Shown here: positions 14,401-26,021 of the stretch, one piece after another
Numbering within the stretch: the stretch's first letter is position 1
Layout of the letters: each line of letters opens with the position of its first letter
NCBI RefSeq assembly: GCF_964204645.1
Contig: NC_134033.1
Location: 1,632,131 to 1,696,130 of the forward strand
Reading direction: 5' to 3'
From: Tubulanus polymorphus
Taxonomy: Eukaryota; Animalia; Nemertea
DNA length: 64,000 nucleotides
Notes under the pieces: model-generated
Told to the model about the DNA's origin: nothing
Seen by the model: the letters and a program-made list of their open reading frames with translations, nothing else
Databases searched by the model: none
Position numbers and translations under genes: made by a program

Positions 14401-17400
14401 AAAATCAGTGGGTTACTTTCAATTTCAGTTAGTGTATGCAACTAGGAATGTCATTCCAATTCAAATTCAACTACAAATTCATTACATATTTTTGACTCAA
14501 TGTTTAACCGCAAATTAATTAAACGTCTTTTTCACGAACATTTTAACTCTAAGTTGAAACGTTTTCGCTTTTATGAATACCGTATCGATTTCGTTCAAAG
14601 GATCCGGCGATGTCGATGACCTTGACCTGCCGTTACGAAGAGACGACAATTCCGTACATCCGGGCACTCGTCGAGTACGCCAATCTGGATCCGGTTATCA
14701 AAGTCTACCACAAAATCATTTCCGACAAAGAAATTCTCGGGATTAAAACTATCACCGGATCTCATGTAGGTCACGCTCGCATTTTACTCAATTTACTCAT
14801 CTCGCTGATCTTTGTATTTTGATAAAGACTATTTTCAAAAAAGAATCATGGGCCGATTCCATAGTCATGACTTAGACTTAAGACCAGTCTAAGACCAACT
14901 CAGTTGTTCTATAGCCAATCTAACAACTTAAGACTAGTCTAAGCTCATCTTTGTTCTATAACCAATCTAACAACTTAAGATCAGTCTAAACTCAGTTTAG
15001 TTCTATAACCAATCTAACAACTTAAGATCAATCTACAGACTTAATCCCACTTATGAACTTAAGTCTCGACTGTGGAACCGGCTACTTTTCCATAGCTCAG
15101 CTTGGATTTGAAATGCAATTTCATTTTCGATGAGTTAACTCTTCGCTTAAATTCTAACCCATGCGACATAGGAGTTAATTTTGAACTCTAATTTCAACTC
15201 GCGTTTCAATTTTTGAGTCAAATTTCTAATCGGTACACTGTGGAAGCGGGTCATCTTTAACAACTGATCGTCTCGTTGAGCGAGCGGGTCAAATATTAAA
15301 TCTTTTTCCCATTCTCTGTAATCTTTATGACAGTTGAAACAAGCCGAAGTTTTCGGAGGAAGCGTTACTTTCAGTCGACAAGCGCAAAAGTAAGGATGAA
15401 ACATTTTATATTTCTCAGGGACAGTTCCTCTATAAGGTTCACATCCAATCGTTATATGTAGTTGCTTAGTTTGGATTTCCTTGTTTTATCAATGAATTCA
15501 ATTCAAATAATTCAAACCTTTCGCAAAACGGAATCGAAAAGATATTATTACCTATGATAAGATAAAAACCCACTATTTACAAATTAAAAGAAATCTAAAA
15601 TCTAAAATCGTCAGGTGACGCCACCTGACGATGATCTCTAGTGTGAGATCGAAACGTCTTGTTCTTATATTTAAGATTGTTTCAATCAATAAATTCTCGA
15701 TTTTAGATTTCTTTTAATTTGTAAATAGTGGGTTTTTATCTTATGATCTGTTCACCACGTTTGAGTGTGGTTATCGTACCATATTATTACCTAATTACCG
15801 ATTCATATTTTAACTATTTATTCTCAGTGCTTGGTTGTCGCCGTTGCGAAGTCCGTTGACTAAGAAACTAATGAAAAGGGTTCAACTTCTGACGGGTTTA
15901 AGCACGAAAGTTAACCCCCTGAAATGGACCCGTCACAGCGAGGATTTACAAGTAAGCCCCTCTGACTGGATCCAGTTTCTTTGACCTAATCATTCTCGAT
16001 GATTTCAATGATTCGACAGAATTCCGGTGTCTAGAATCACGGGATGATAGCGGGTATTGTAGAGAATAGATTCACCACGTGACTGGTCATCACGTGGATA
16101 AATAGCCACTGCACTGACCAGACAAACTTACTCGCTTAACCAATAACTACGAATCAGTGGTCTGGTGGTTAGCGTACAAGCCTGGCATGCTGGAGGTATC
16201 CAGTTCGCGGCCAGGCATGCCGGAAGTCACTAGTTCGCTATAAGGGTCTTGTGAAATTTCTAGGTCAAATCTTTTAAAAACAGATCACTTCTAGATTTAT
16301 TTTACGTGAAATTCTGAAATTTTGACTCAATAAATTTTTTCAAACACTCCGTATTTTCTTACACTCATTCACCCGATTAAATAAACTACTATATTCGCTA
16401 GGTACCGAAAGCTGAATTCACTTGACGTTTGTTTATTTTGTCTTCAGGTAGGGAACTACGGGCCTGGCGGATTTTACGAATCACATTTCGACTCATCAAT
16501 CGCTTACGTAAGAGAGATTCGTTAAGATTATTAGCAAGAAAACTAACTTTCAAAAAATTCGAAATTCAATTCGCCTTGAAAAATATCGCGTAAGATTGCT
16601 TAATATCGTAATGATAAACAAAATATCAATTATATAATATCAAGGATCAATAATAAAGTAATTGAATTGGATTTACCGGCAACCAGTCTACCGCTCGCTA
16701 TATTGATGACGTAGCGCACATCCCGTCGAAAAAAATGATCGATGATAAAACCCGGTCTAACCAACGCGGCAGATATAAGAGATGAAATATATTCGATTGC
16801 AAAATAAACACAAAAATTCACAATTGTAATTGTTCATTCGAAACGCCAATACTGATGACGTAGTGCACAACGAATCGCACATAATCCCTTAGATAACGAA
16901 TACCAGGTATCGATCGATACATTATTGTAACGGTTTTTGCGGCGTCGAAAATATCTCGAAAACTACTATCTGAAATATAGGTCAGCGATGACCTACTTTT
17001 TACGTTTTGAATTGTTTTTCTAACGCAGAACGACACCTCACGGGCGTTCGCAGCCGACGCTCACCGGCTCTACGGATCGCAGGGTGACCGCATAGCCACC
17101 TGGATGTTCTACGTAAGTCAAAACCTATTCCTCGATGAATTCTCTATAAAAAAAAAATGAAAACAAATGTTATTCACTAAAAGACATTTTCCAATGTCTA
17201 TTTCAACTTGTTTGAACGGACGTTGGGTGCTAAAACTCAGTCGGTTTTGGTAATACACACCAGATACAGGTCGATGGACAGTTGGACTAAAACACTAATT
17301 TATAAATCTGGGCCCAGTTTCACAAAAAGGTTTCACTCTTAAATCGATTTAATTTCTTCATTAATTCAGTTTATCTGAAATCGATTTAGGCCTTAATCAT

Positions 17401-18007
17401 TTTTGTGAAACTGGTCCCTGGTCTTAACTGATAAATTCCTGATATAGGTTTTTATAATGACAAACCACGGATGAGCAGCTTGAATAAAACATAGATTTTT
17501 TACTCGAATCTAGCACTTTATTATTTTACTCAAATAGAATCAGCAACAAGTTATACTTGTCAAATTTTAGTTCAGCTGCCCTTCTCTTAACTATATCAAA
17601 TATGTAGGTCTGGAAACTGAATAAGTTTTGGCGCCCGACGTCCTTCAAACAGGTTGAAATAGACGTGTTACTTGTTATTTCAGTTTAGCGATGTAGGCGC
17701 TGGAGGTAGGACGGTATTCCCTAAAATAAACGTCACGATACCGGTAACGAAAGGATCGGCCGCGTTTTGGTACAACCTCCACAGAAACGGGTCACCTGAC
17801 ATGCGCACTCTGCACGCCGGATGTCCGGTACTATTGGGCTCGAAATGGGGTAAGATTCTTCCAAAGAGAATTGCCTCCGAATTGGCGAACCGTTGAATGT
17901 GAATTTTTGAAAATATTCCTCTTTTTAAATTTTCAGTTGGTAATTTATGGATTCTAGAAGGTGGACAGACGTTCAGACATTCCTGTTCGATAGACAGCAA
18001 TATTTAG
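11404..18007 (+). CDS. P4HA: Prolyl 4-hydroxylase subunit alpha (collagen P4H family), divergent
   Basis: Exons 11404-11615, 12149-12405, 13062-13390, 13529-13580, 13865-14025, 14601-14765, 15334-15389, 15828-15951, 16448-16507, 17029-17112, 17684-17849 and 17937-18007. Signal peptide present. Motifs LQVGNYGPGGFYESHFD (HxD), GDRIATWMFY, GGRTVFP, KGSAAFWYNL and TLHAGCPVLLGSKW. Confidence 0.92.
12425..12558. mobile_element. Short MITE with cagtttcacaaaaa-type TIRs
   Basis: Termini ggcctctcagtttcacaaaaaagtt / ttttcgtgaaactgggccc. Copies at about 17310-17418 and 31587-31711. Confidence 0.65.
15555..15780 (+). mobile_element. TSD-flanked insertion with inverted segment and hammerhead core (Penelope-like remnant)
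   Basis: 13-bp direct repeat atattattaccta at 15542-15554 and 15781-15793. Perfect 46-bp inverted repeat at 15557-15602 / 15699-15744. CTGACGA-T-GATCTC-tagtgt-GAGATC-GAAA-CGTC at 15625-15658. Confidence 0.65.
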
Positions 18008-18104
18008 CCATTTAAAATAAAGAAAATTTGAATAAATAAATCTATATAATTTCATATTTTAGAATATTTTCTCTTTTGGTCATTTCCTCTGCAATAAAAA
18101 TCCA

Positions 18105-18500
18105 ACAGTTCCACAGTTGTGTTGGTTGAATTTGACGGTGAATCCAGTTCCACAGTTTTGAGGGTTTAATTTGACTCTTGACCCAGTTCCACAGTTGTGT
18201 TGATTTAATTCGATTCTGAACCCAGTTCCACAGTTGTGTGGATTTAATTTGATTCTGAACCCAGTTCCACGTGGGTTTAATTAGACTCTGAACCCAGTTC
18301 CACAGTTGTGCGAGTTTAACTCAACTTTGAACCCAGTTGCACAGTTGTGTGGGTTTAATTTGACTCTGAACCCAATTCCACAGTTGTGTGGGTTTAATTT
18401 GACCCTGGCTCCAGCTCAACAGTTGTGTGGGTTTAACTCGACTTTGAACGCAGTTCCACAGTTGTGTGGGTATAATTTGACTCTTGACCCAGTTTACAGT
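18105..18500. repeat. ccagttccacagttgtg satellite (about 10 units)
   Basis: Seen directly; it accounts for the spurious ORF 18306-18614. Confidence 0.9.
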
Positions 18501-18623
18501 GTGGATTCATCCGAGGAACTAGTGACTGATAGTTCACAGCTCGCATTGAGAGTAGATTTGATGTTAAGTGAGGACGAGAGAGAAAGAGAGAGAGAGAGAG
18601 GTGTGTGTTACTGATTATAGGTT

Positions 18624-19712
18624 ATGAGCTCCGACATGAATTCTACCACAATCTCTACGACTACACTTGATCCCTGCCACGTCAGCCGGTATCCACCCTT
18701 AAGATGGAATCAGGTTTTCAGTTATAGTATTTACTTGTATGGATATTTTCCGGCTACAGTTTTAGGAATGATTCTAAACTCTGTTTCTATTCTAGTATTC
18801 AGAAAGATCGGTCGCTCCACGTATCTAACTATAATCATTCTCGCCTGGTTTGATTTACTGTTCGTATTTTCAGTGTTTCTTCTTTATCCATTTCGAATAT
18901 TCATAATCAACTTTCAACATATATATGTTCTCGGCCGTTACGATGATTGGTTTTTTGGACACGAAATTATAATTTGGGTTCTACCACTGTTTCATACGTT
19001 TCAAATGGCAAAAAATTGGTCCGTAGTTATAATCAATTTTGAAAGACTTCTGGTTGTCGCGAGTCCGCTGTATTTTAAACGATTCTGGAACAAAAAACAA
19101 ATCATTTTTCTGTCGGTTTTAAACGCAATTTCTTCCGCAGTTTGTTTCTGGCCGTATTATTTTCCACTACGTTTACCCGGAAGGGCCACACGACTCTGTT
19201 TCGAACGTTTATTTACATTGGGAGCTTTTAGAGCGAAAACAATTCGAACACCTTTTGTTCATGCACATGGAACACGTTACGTTAATAATTCCTATATTTT
19301 CATGACTGTTCTTGTACCTTTTATTTTTCTGATTGTGATAAATCTAACTTTGTTCGGAATTATGATATTTCGAAAACTAAATCGAAAGAAACAATTTCAC
19401 GCGGACGCGGCGGCGCCCGGTGAAAAATCTACCGAACTCAAAATATTAAAACTGGTTCTTATAATTGTAGCTATATTTTTCATCTGTGAAATTCCCGCAT
19501 CACTGGACCGTACGTTACATTACTTCAGAAAGGAGTTTGGATTACGTAACGGTCTAACTGGGGATGAAATGATGATCATGCGTAAAGTAGGAATTCTGCT
19601 CAGTGTTTTTGACTCATCCGCAAATTTCTTCGTTTACTGCGCAACAAACGGCGCCTTTAGAAAAAAAGCTAAACACATTTTACTGATATATTATTTGTGT
19701 GATTCTAAATAG
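18624..19712 (+). CDS. Intronless class A (rhodopsin-like) GPCR, FMRFamide-receptor-like, 362 aa
   Basis: Seven hydrophobic segments. TM1 GMILN, TM2 LAWFD, ERL in place of DRY, TM6 FFICEIP, TM7 DSSANFFVY. Confidence 0.92.
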   Translation: MSSDMNSTTISTTTLDPCHVSRYPPLRWNQVFSYSIYLYGYFPATVLGMILNSVSILVFRKIGRSTYLTIIILAWFDLLFVFSVFLLYPFRIFIINFQHIYVLGRYDDWFFGHEIIIWVLPLFHTFQMAKNWSVVIINFERLLVVASPLYFKRFWNKKQIIFLSVLNAISSAVCFWPYYFPLRLPGRATRLCFERLFTLGAFRAKTIRTPFVHAHGTRYVNNSYIFMTVLVPFIFLIVINLTLFGIMIFRKLNRKKQFHADAAAPGEKSTELKILKLVLIIVAIFFICEIPASLDRTLHYFRKEFGLRNGLTGDEMMIMRKVGILLSVFDSSANFFVYCATNGAFRKKAKHILLIYYLCDSK

Positions 19713-21109
19713 AACAGAGAAAAAAACACTTTAATTTCATAAGTATCAGAACAAAACATTGTGTTGATATGATATCAACTCAGTGGATGATGATACTGAT
19801 ACGAATAAACCCGAGCATTTTTCTTAACTTCTGCTCAAGATTTTTACAATTTTGCGGCTAACAAAAAATACACGAATATCAAAGTATCACTAAACAGAAC
19901 ACAAACAAAAACAGTTAAATCATTCATTCTATATATTGAAAAATTACGCTCCCCGCCCTGCGAACCCCTCACTTCCTCACCCCCGAACCCCTCATTCCCT
20001 CCCCGGGTTATTGCTCGTAGAGTTTTACTGGTGAATTGGATTCAAACACGCGAAAAGATCAAATTTTTATGAACCTGTTTCTTTTTCTTTTTTATAAAGA
20101 ATTGATGAGTTCAGGGTCGATTAGAATCGGTAAAGGACTCAGTTGAAAGGGGCCGCGTTAGATTTGAGTTTCAAAACGTCGGGAAAAATAATGGAAATCG
20201 AACATATTTCTAATCAGAGATGAACTGAACTCAGAACTGTTGAACTGTGGACCTTAAGTGTGGATCAAGGGACCTAAACAGGTGGAACTGCATCAACAGA
20301 ACTCCGTGGAACTGGGGACCAAAACTATTGAATTCATTGAAATGACTTGTCGATAGTCAAACTGTTAGTCGTCACCTGTGGATTCAAGTTTATCCCTTTT
20401 CTTTGCTCGTACAAAGAATTATATTTGCGGTCTGGTTCATGTAAAACTGAAGCTGCACTGAAACGCTGATGACAGAGTGCGCCTATCTATCAACTACAGA
20501 TATTGAAGGGTATTTGAATGCAGGTCTGGTAAGTAAATTCGGCTAGCTCGAAAACATATGAATTACTAAACTATCAATAAAATCTCACAATTGGGTTATT
20601 CTGGTTGAAATGAACTCCCCAGAAGAGACCTATCATAACCTACCGTCAAACGTCAGATATAAAGGTCCTTATCACGAAGAAGCGAACCGGGCTATAACTA
20701 AATAATGGAATTTGGGGATGTGGGTTCGAATCCTCAAAATGGATGGAAAATCGGATAATTTTTTCGAAAATTATCATTTGAAAACATTTTGCAATATTTT
20801 GATTCTACTCCCCCAGGGGAAGTTGGCAACTAAGAATGAAAATGTATTGACCTTAGAGAACGATTTGAGTAAACCGGTAATTTTAGGCATTGATTTGCTT
20901 AAATCCTGTTTTTTGATTCGTTGAATAAATTATATTCCACAACAAAGGGCGGTAATAACTACCGCAAACCGCGCAATCAACTCAATTATTCATTTCGTTT
21001 AAACTTTATCGAACTCAGGAAAGCCTTGAAATATCCACGGCATTCTACGCAATTTATCAGTTTTAGAATCGGATTCTAGACACCTAGATTCAGAAATACA
21101 AACTGTATG

Positions 21110-21391
21110 CCAGTTTCACAGTTGTGAGTTAGAGTTAACTCATAGCTCAGGATCCAGTTCCACAGTTGTGAGTTAGAGTTAACTCTGAGCTTAGGATCCA
21201 GTTCCACAGTTGTGAGTTAGAGTTAACTGTGAACTCAGAATCCAGTTCCACAGTTTTGAGTTAGAGTTAACTCTGAACTCAGGATCCAGTTCCACAGTTG
21301 TGAGTATGAGTTAACCTGGGATGCTGTGAGTTCAGATTTGGCTCAGATTTAATTAAGCTGATTTTTTTCTCAGAGCTGTGGAACCGGGTCC
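21110..21391. repeat. About 44-bp tandem repeat derived from the terminus of a ggatccagttccacagttgtgagtt MITE
   Basis: Five units, followed by the inverted end ctgtggaaccgggtcc. Monomeric TIR-bounded forms lie at about 31907-32014 and 37253-37364. Confidence 0.8.
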
Positions 21392-24300
21392 AAATTAGGA
21401 TTAACCTCAACAAATACAGGTTTAGGTTCAGGAAAAGCTTAAAAAAGTGACAAATGATGATCTTAAGCCAGGTTTTGCTAGATATAGGTTTTTACGGAAT
21501 TTTTAGAAAAGAAATATTTGAACTTCAACAACCGCGAGTTAAATATTTCATCACATTTTTTATGGTTTTATGGTTTCATTTCGAAGTCAAATATTATTCT
21601 TCTTTGTTGCAAAATATCTATTACCAGTACCATTACAATACAGTCAACCAAATCAGGAGAGAGAACTAGTACGGGCTTCATTGGTTTTCTGGTAATCATA
21701 CACTAATTATTTTTCTTTGTTAATTAGGATCCAACGCGATCGCTGAAGCCACACAGAAAAGGTAGGCATCATCAACTGATAAAGTATTCAACTATTAAAT
21801 TCCACGCAGTTTAGTTTATTCTGGGTTTTTTATTTTCACGAAGCAGAAAGTTTAGAACAAAAAGTCGTTTCCCCAACGAAACTGCAGGTTTAAACTTTTA
21901 TACAGCGCGCATTGTTACCGGTAATGAAGATAATACTCAATTCTTATTCAAATAATTAATTTGTCGCTTATGAATATCTAGAATATGTATGAATTTGTGC
22001 TGAAAATAGATTATTTTCAGGACTTAAGGACCAAAAATGTGTACTATCTTTGATAAAAACTGAGAAAGTATCAAAACATTTAGGAATGCGTATTAACTCT
22101 TATTTCTTTGAAATCAGTAGGGCCCGATTTCGATCGTAAGACCATATTAGTTCTATTGCCAATCTTATAACTTTAAGTCAGTTAGATAATTTAAGACCAC
22201 TTTCGGATTTAAGTCACGACTCGCTGCCCAGATTTCGACTAGAAACTGTTTCTCAGCGAAACTGTGTTGTTCAGTAAACGAAGCCGATTAATAATTGATC
22301 ATCTGCTAGAATTTACGACCGGTTGTGGCTATACACGCAGCTAGCTGCAGTCGCGTGTGCGGCTCTGAGTTTTATGAGTCGACGTGAGTTCACGTTCAGT
22401 CCTAGGGGATTCATATAAAGTACAATTATTCGTGCAACGGGGATCGAACGTGACAACAGCGTCCAGTTCAACAGTCGACACTACCTTTGATCTTACGACG
22501 ACCCACCCACCAAATGAAATCTAGACGACGGTTTTAGGATTTAGTTTAGGCTGAGCCCAATAGGGGTCGGTCTTAAAGATGGCCGTTAACTATTTGAATT
22601 TGAATACCTTTAATACCCTTGATATTCTGAAAAACCCAACGGTCAAATTAGCTAAATTCATTAAGACCGACTTAGATGTATATAGATCCCTCCAATAGTA
22701 TATATAGTATTGTAAATAGTTGATGTATATATATTTCGTTACGTTTTCATTCTCTAAATTTTAATCACTTCTCAGTGTTGTTTTGTAAATATTTGTATAT
22801 ACATGTGTAATAGTTTTCCCCCATATACCATGGAAATGGTTGGAGTGTGAACTAAGATCGTAATCGTAATCGTTAAGAAATTCTAAGAGCTCTTCTTCAA
22901 GTGCGTGTTTTGAAAATTGTGATATTCAAAACATCGATATTCTCACCTCTTAAGATTGGCTAATGAAAACATTAAATACTGAACAAGCGAACTATGTGGA
23001 TTTATACAGAAAATCTCAAATTCAGAAGGAAAAAGAGTCTGGAAGGCTTCGTTTGGGTAATGGCTTGTCAGAGCCGTCGGAAGGAATTTTTCAGTGGCGA
23101 GGCTTATTTCTGAAGGGGGTCTGGGGGCCCTCCCCTAGACAAATTTTGAAAATTCAATCGCCGGAGATGCGTTTTGGGGGCATTTCACGGTCTCATTCAC
23201 AGAAGCATGAGAAGCCGTGAGCCAAACACCTAGTACATAGAATGACGAGCTGCTACGCGGTTCAGCGAGCTTTTGAAAAAATTTTGTTAAGCAAAAAAAG
23301 TGGGGCGGCTTTGTCCCGACGGCCCTGCTTGTAAGAAACTTTTCGACCATATCCCAACAGTAAAACTAAATCAGTCCCAGACTGGGGGTGCGGGATTTTC
23401 TATAACATCTCAGTGTTTCATTAATGGTTGATAATGAATCGGCTAAAATCTGAATATATCAGTCGTCACTGTTGCGATGGTTTCAAGCTGCTGCGAACAC
23501 GGCCGCGTACAAGCTACGCGACTTAATCAAATACACAAGCGATCTCGTAAAACAAAACGCGGAAAAATCTCTCCGGGACAAAGTGGCACCGTTCACCGCA
23601 AGCTACAAAAGTTTTGATGACGAGTGGGATTTATCAGTGACTATATTGAAATATAAGCCTCCACAAACTATTCATCACACAGCAGCGCGCTGACTAGTGA
23701 CAACTTTACAGCGAGTCAATTAATTGTTAATTGCGTTCAGTGAAAGAGACGCCATAGTGATGCCGAACCGATACCAGACCGGAAATGAAATAGTGTCGCA
23801 GACGTGTTTGAGTTGATGCGTGTTTGTGATTTCGTCGCGAATATGGCTGCCGCCTTAATCTCACTATGACGTCACTGAGTTCCTTTCAAGTGTAATCTAC
23901 AGACTTTTCCAGCTATGACATCATACGATTATCGACTGTTCGCCTTCTTGTCTCGGTCTGTTAAGTCAAATCGTTAAAAGGTAATTTGATGACGTCAAAG
24001 GAGGATTAATGGAGGCAGCCATCTTTTCCGGAAAATCCTAAGATCACAATAAGGCAATAGGATTAAAGACATCTTTATGGAGTCGCCAAGATAGTAAGTT
24101 GGTTGATGATGTCATAGGGGGAATCTAACAGTGGAAGGATCTAAAGATTGAATCAGTCGCGTTAGAAATTAGATGACGTCATAGGGTGATTTATGAAACG
24201 GTAAATAGTAGGAGTACACAACCGCTCTGCAATAGCGTCTGATTTATGGAGTTACTGTTAACTTGATGAATGTTTGTTTTTATTTGACGCTGCACAGTTT

Positions 24301-24614
24301 TTGCGTGCTGTGTACCGCCGATTTTCTGAATGGAAATAGCCGGAAGCGGAAGCGATTAATGGCTAACGTTAAGTGAACAGTAACGCGGCGCGCACCTGAA
24401 TTAAGCGAACATTAAAAAGTATAGTATTTATACCTCAGAGAGCGGCGGCGGTCGGGCAGACTATCGGGATATCTACTTTCTGGAAAAGACCGTGGGTTAA
24501 TCTAAAACCAGTAAGTTGACCAAGAATATGTTGTAACGGATTTACCAAAATGGAGAGTGGGGTCCTGTCCATATAGGACACACTGTCCAGACCGGGAGCG
24601 TGCGGGTGTCCTAG

Positions 24615-25822
24615 CCATTAGGAGACACCGTCCAGACTGGGAAAGTGGTCTCCTACCCATTAGGAGACACCGCCCAGACTGGTAGAGTGGTCTCCTACCC
24701 ATTAGGAGACACCGTCCAGACTGGGAAAGTGGTCTCCTACCCATTAGGAGACACCGCCCAGACTGGTAGAGTGGTCTCCTACCCATTAGGAGACACCATC
24801 CAGACTGGGAGAGTGGTCTCCTACCCATTAGGAGACACCGTCCAGACTGGGAGAGTGGTCTCCTACCCTTTAGGAGACACCGTCCAGACTGGGAGAGTGG
24901 TCCCCTACCCATTAGGAGACACCGTCCAGACTGGGAGAGTGGTCTCCTACCCATTAGGAGACACCGTCCAGACTGGTAGAGTGGTCTCCTACCCATTGGG
25001 AGACACCGTCCAGACTGGGAGAGTGGTCTCCTACCCTTTAGGAGACACCGTCCAGACTGGGAGAGTGGTCTCCTACCCATTGGGAGACACCGTCCAGACT
25101 GGGAGAGTGGTCTCCTACCCTTTAGGAGACACCGTCCAGACTGGGAGAGTGGTCTCCTACCCATTAGGAGACACCGTCCAGACTGGTAGAGTTGTCTCCT
25201 ACCCATTAGGAGACACCGTCCAGACTGGTAGAGTGGTCTCCTACCCATTAGGAGACACCGTCCAGACTGGGAGAGTGGTCTCCTACCCATTAGGAGACGC
25301 CGTCCAGACTGGGAGAGTGATCTCCTACCCATTAGGAGACACCGTCCAGACTGGGGAGTGATCTCCTACCCATTAGGAGACACCGTCCAGACTAGGAGAG
25401 TGGTCTCCTACCCATTAGGAGACACCGTCCAGACTGATAGAGTGGTCTCCTACCCATTAGGAGACACCGTCCAGACTGGTAGAGTGGTTTCCTACCCATT
25501 AGGAGACACCGTCCAGACTGGGAGAGTGGTCTCCTACCCATTAGGAGACACCGTCCAGACTGATAGAGTGGTCTCCTACCCATTAGGAGACACCGTTCAG
25601 ACTGGGAGAGTGGTCTCCTACCCATTAGGAGAAACCGTCCAGACTGGGAGAGTGGTCTCCTACCCATTAGGAGACACCGTCCAGACTGATAGAGTGGTCT
25701 CCTACCCATTAGGAGACACTGTCTAGACTGGTAGAGTGGTCTCCTGCCCATTAGGAGACACCGCCCAGACTGGGAGAGTGGTCTCCTACCCATTAGTGGA
25801 CACCGTCCAGACTGGTAGAGAG
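24615..25822. repeat. 42-bp minisatellite, about 28 copies
   Basis: Unit ccattaggagacaccgtccagactgggagagtggtctcctac, with no unique spacers. Confidence 0.97.
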
Positions 25823-26021
25823 CCCATAAGGAGACAGTTGCGGTGAAAATAATTTGTGTGGCTTTCAGAGCCCCGTTTCACTTGATATCAACTTGAAACT
25901 TGAAATCAATTCATGCGACAAAAATATAGGGAACGAAGGAATGTATTCAAACATTTATCGTTTCGTTTCATTCGTTGTTGAATTGTTATAAATTCAGTGT
26001 ACTACTTTTTACAGCTTGAAA

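Noticed and set aside
11404-18007. P4HA as a dedicated toxin-modifying enzyme co-clustered with the knottins
   Set aside because: None of the three predicted mature peptides contains proline, and two unrelated genes intervene.
18306-18614. LCGFNLTLDPVPQ-repeat ORFs (also at 8652, 51588 and 60328)
   Set aside because: Translations of the dispersed ccagttccacagttgtg satellite.
23472-23693. 73-aa ORF
   Set aside because: Non-ATG start, no recognisable motif and no convincing splice context.
20469-24491. Candidate small 5' exons (20469-20528, 21728-21761, 24439-24491) for MINDY4B
   Set aside because: The splice sites are plausible, but I could not chain them in a consistent phase into 26015 and saw no recognisable homology.
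24502-25793. Long repetitive ORFs on both strands; CRISPR-like palindromic repeat
   Set aside because: Pure 42-bp tandem repeat with no unique spacers and no cas genes, in a eukaryotic context. The ORFs arise because the unit length is a multiple of 3.
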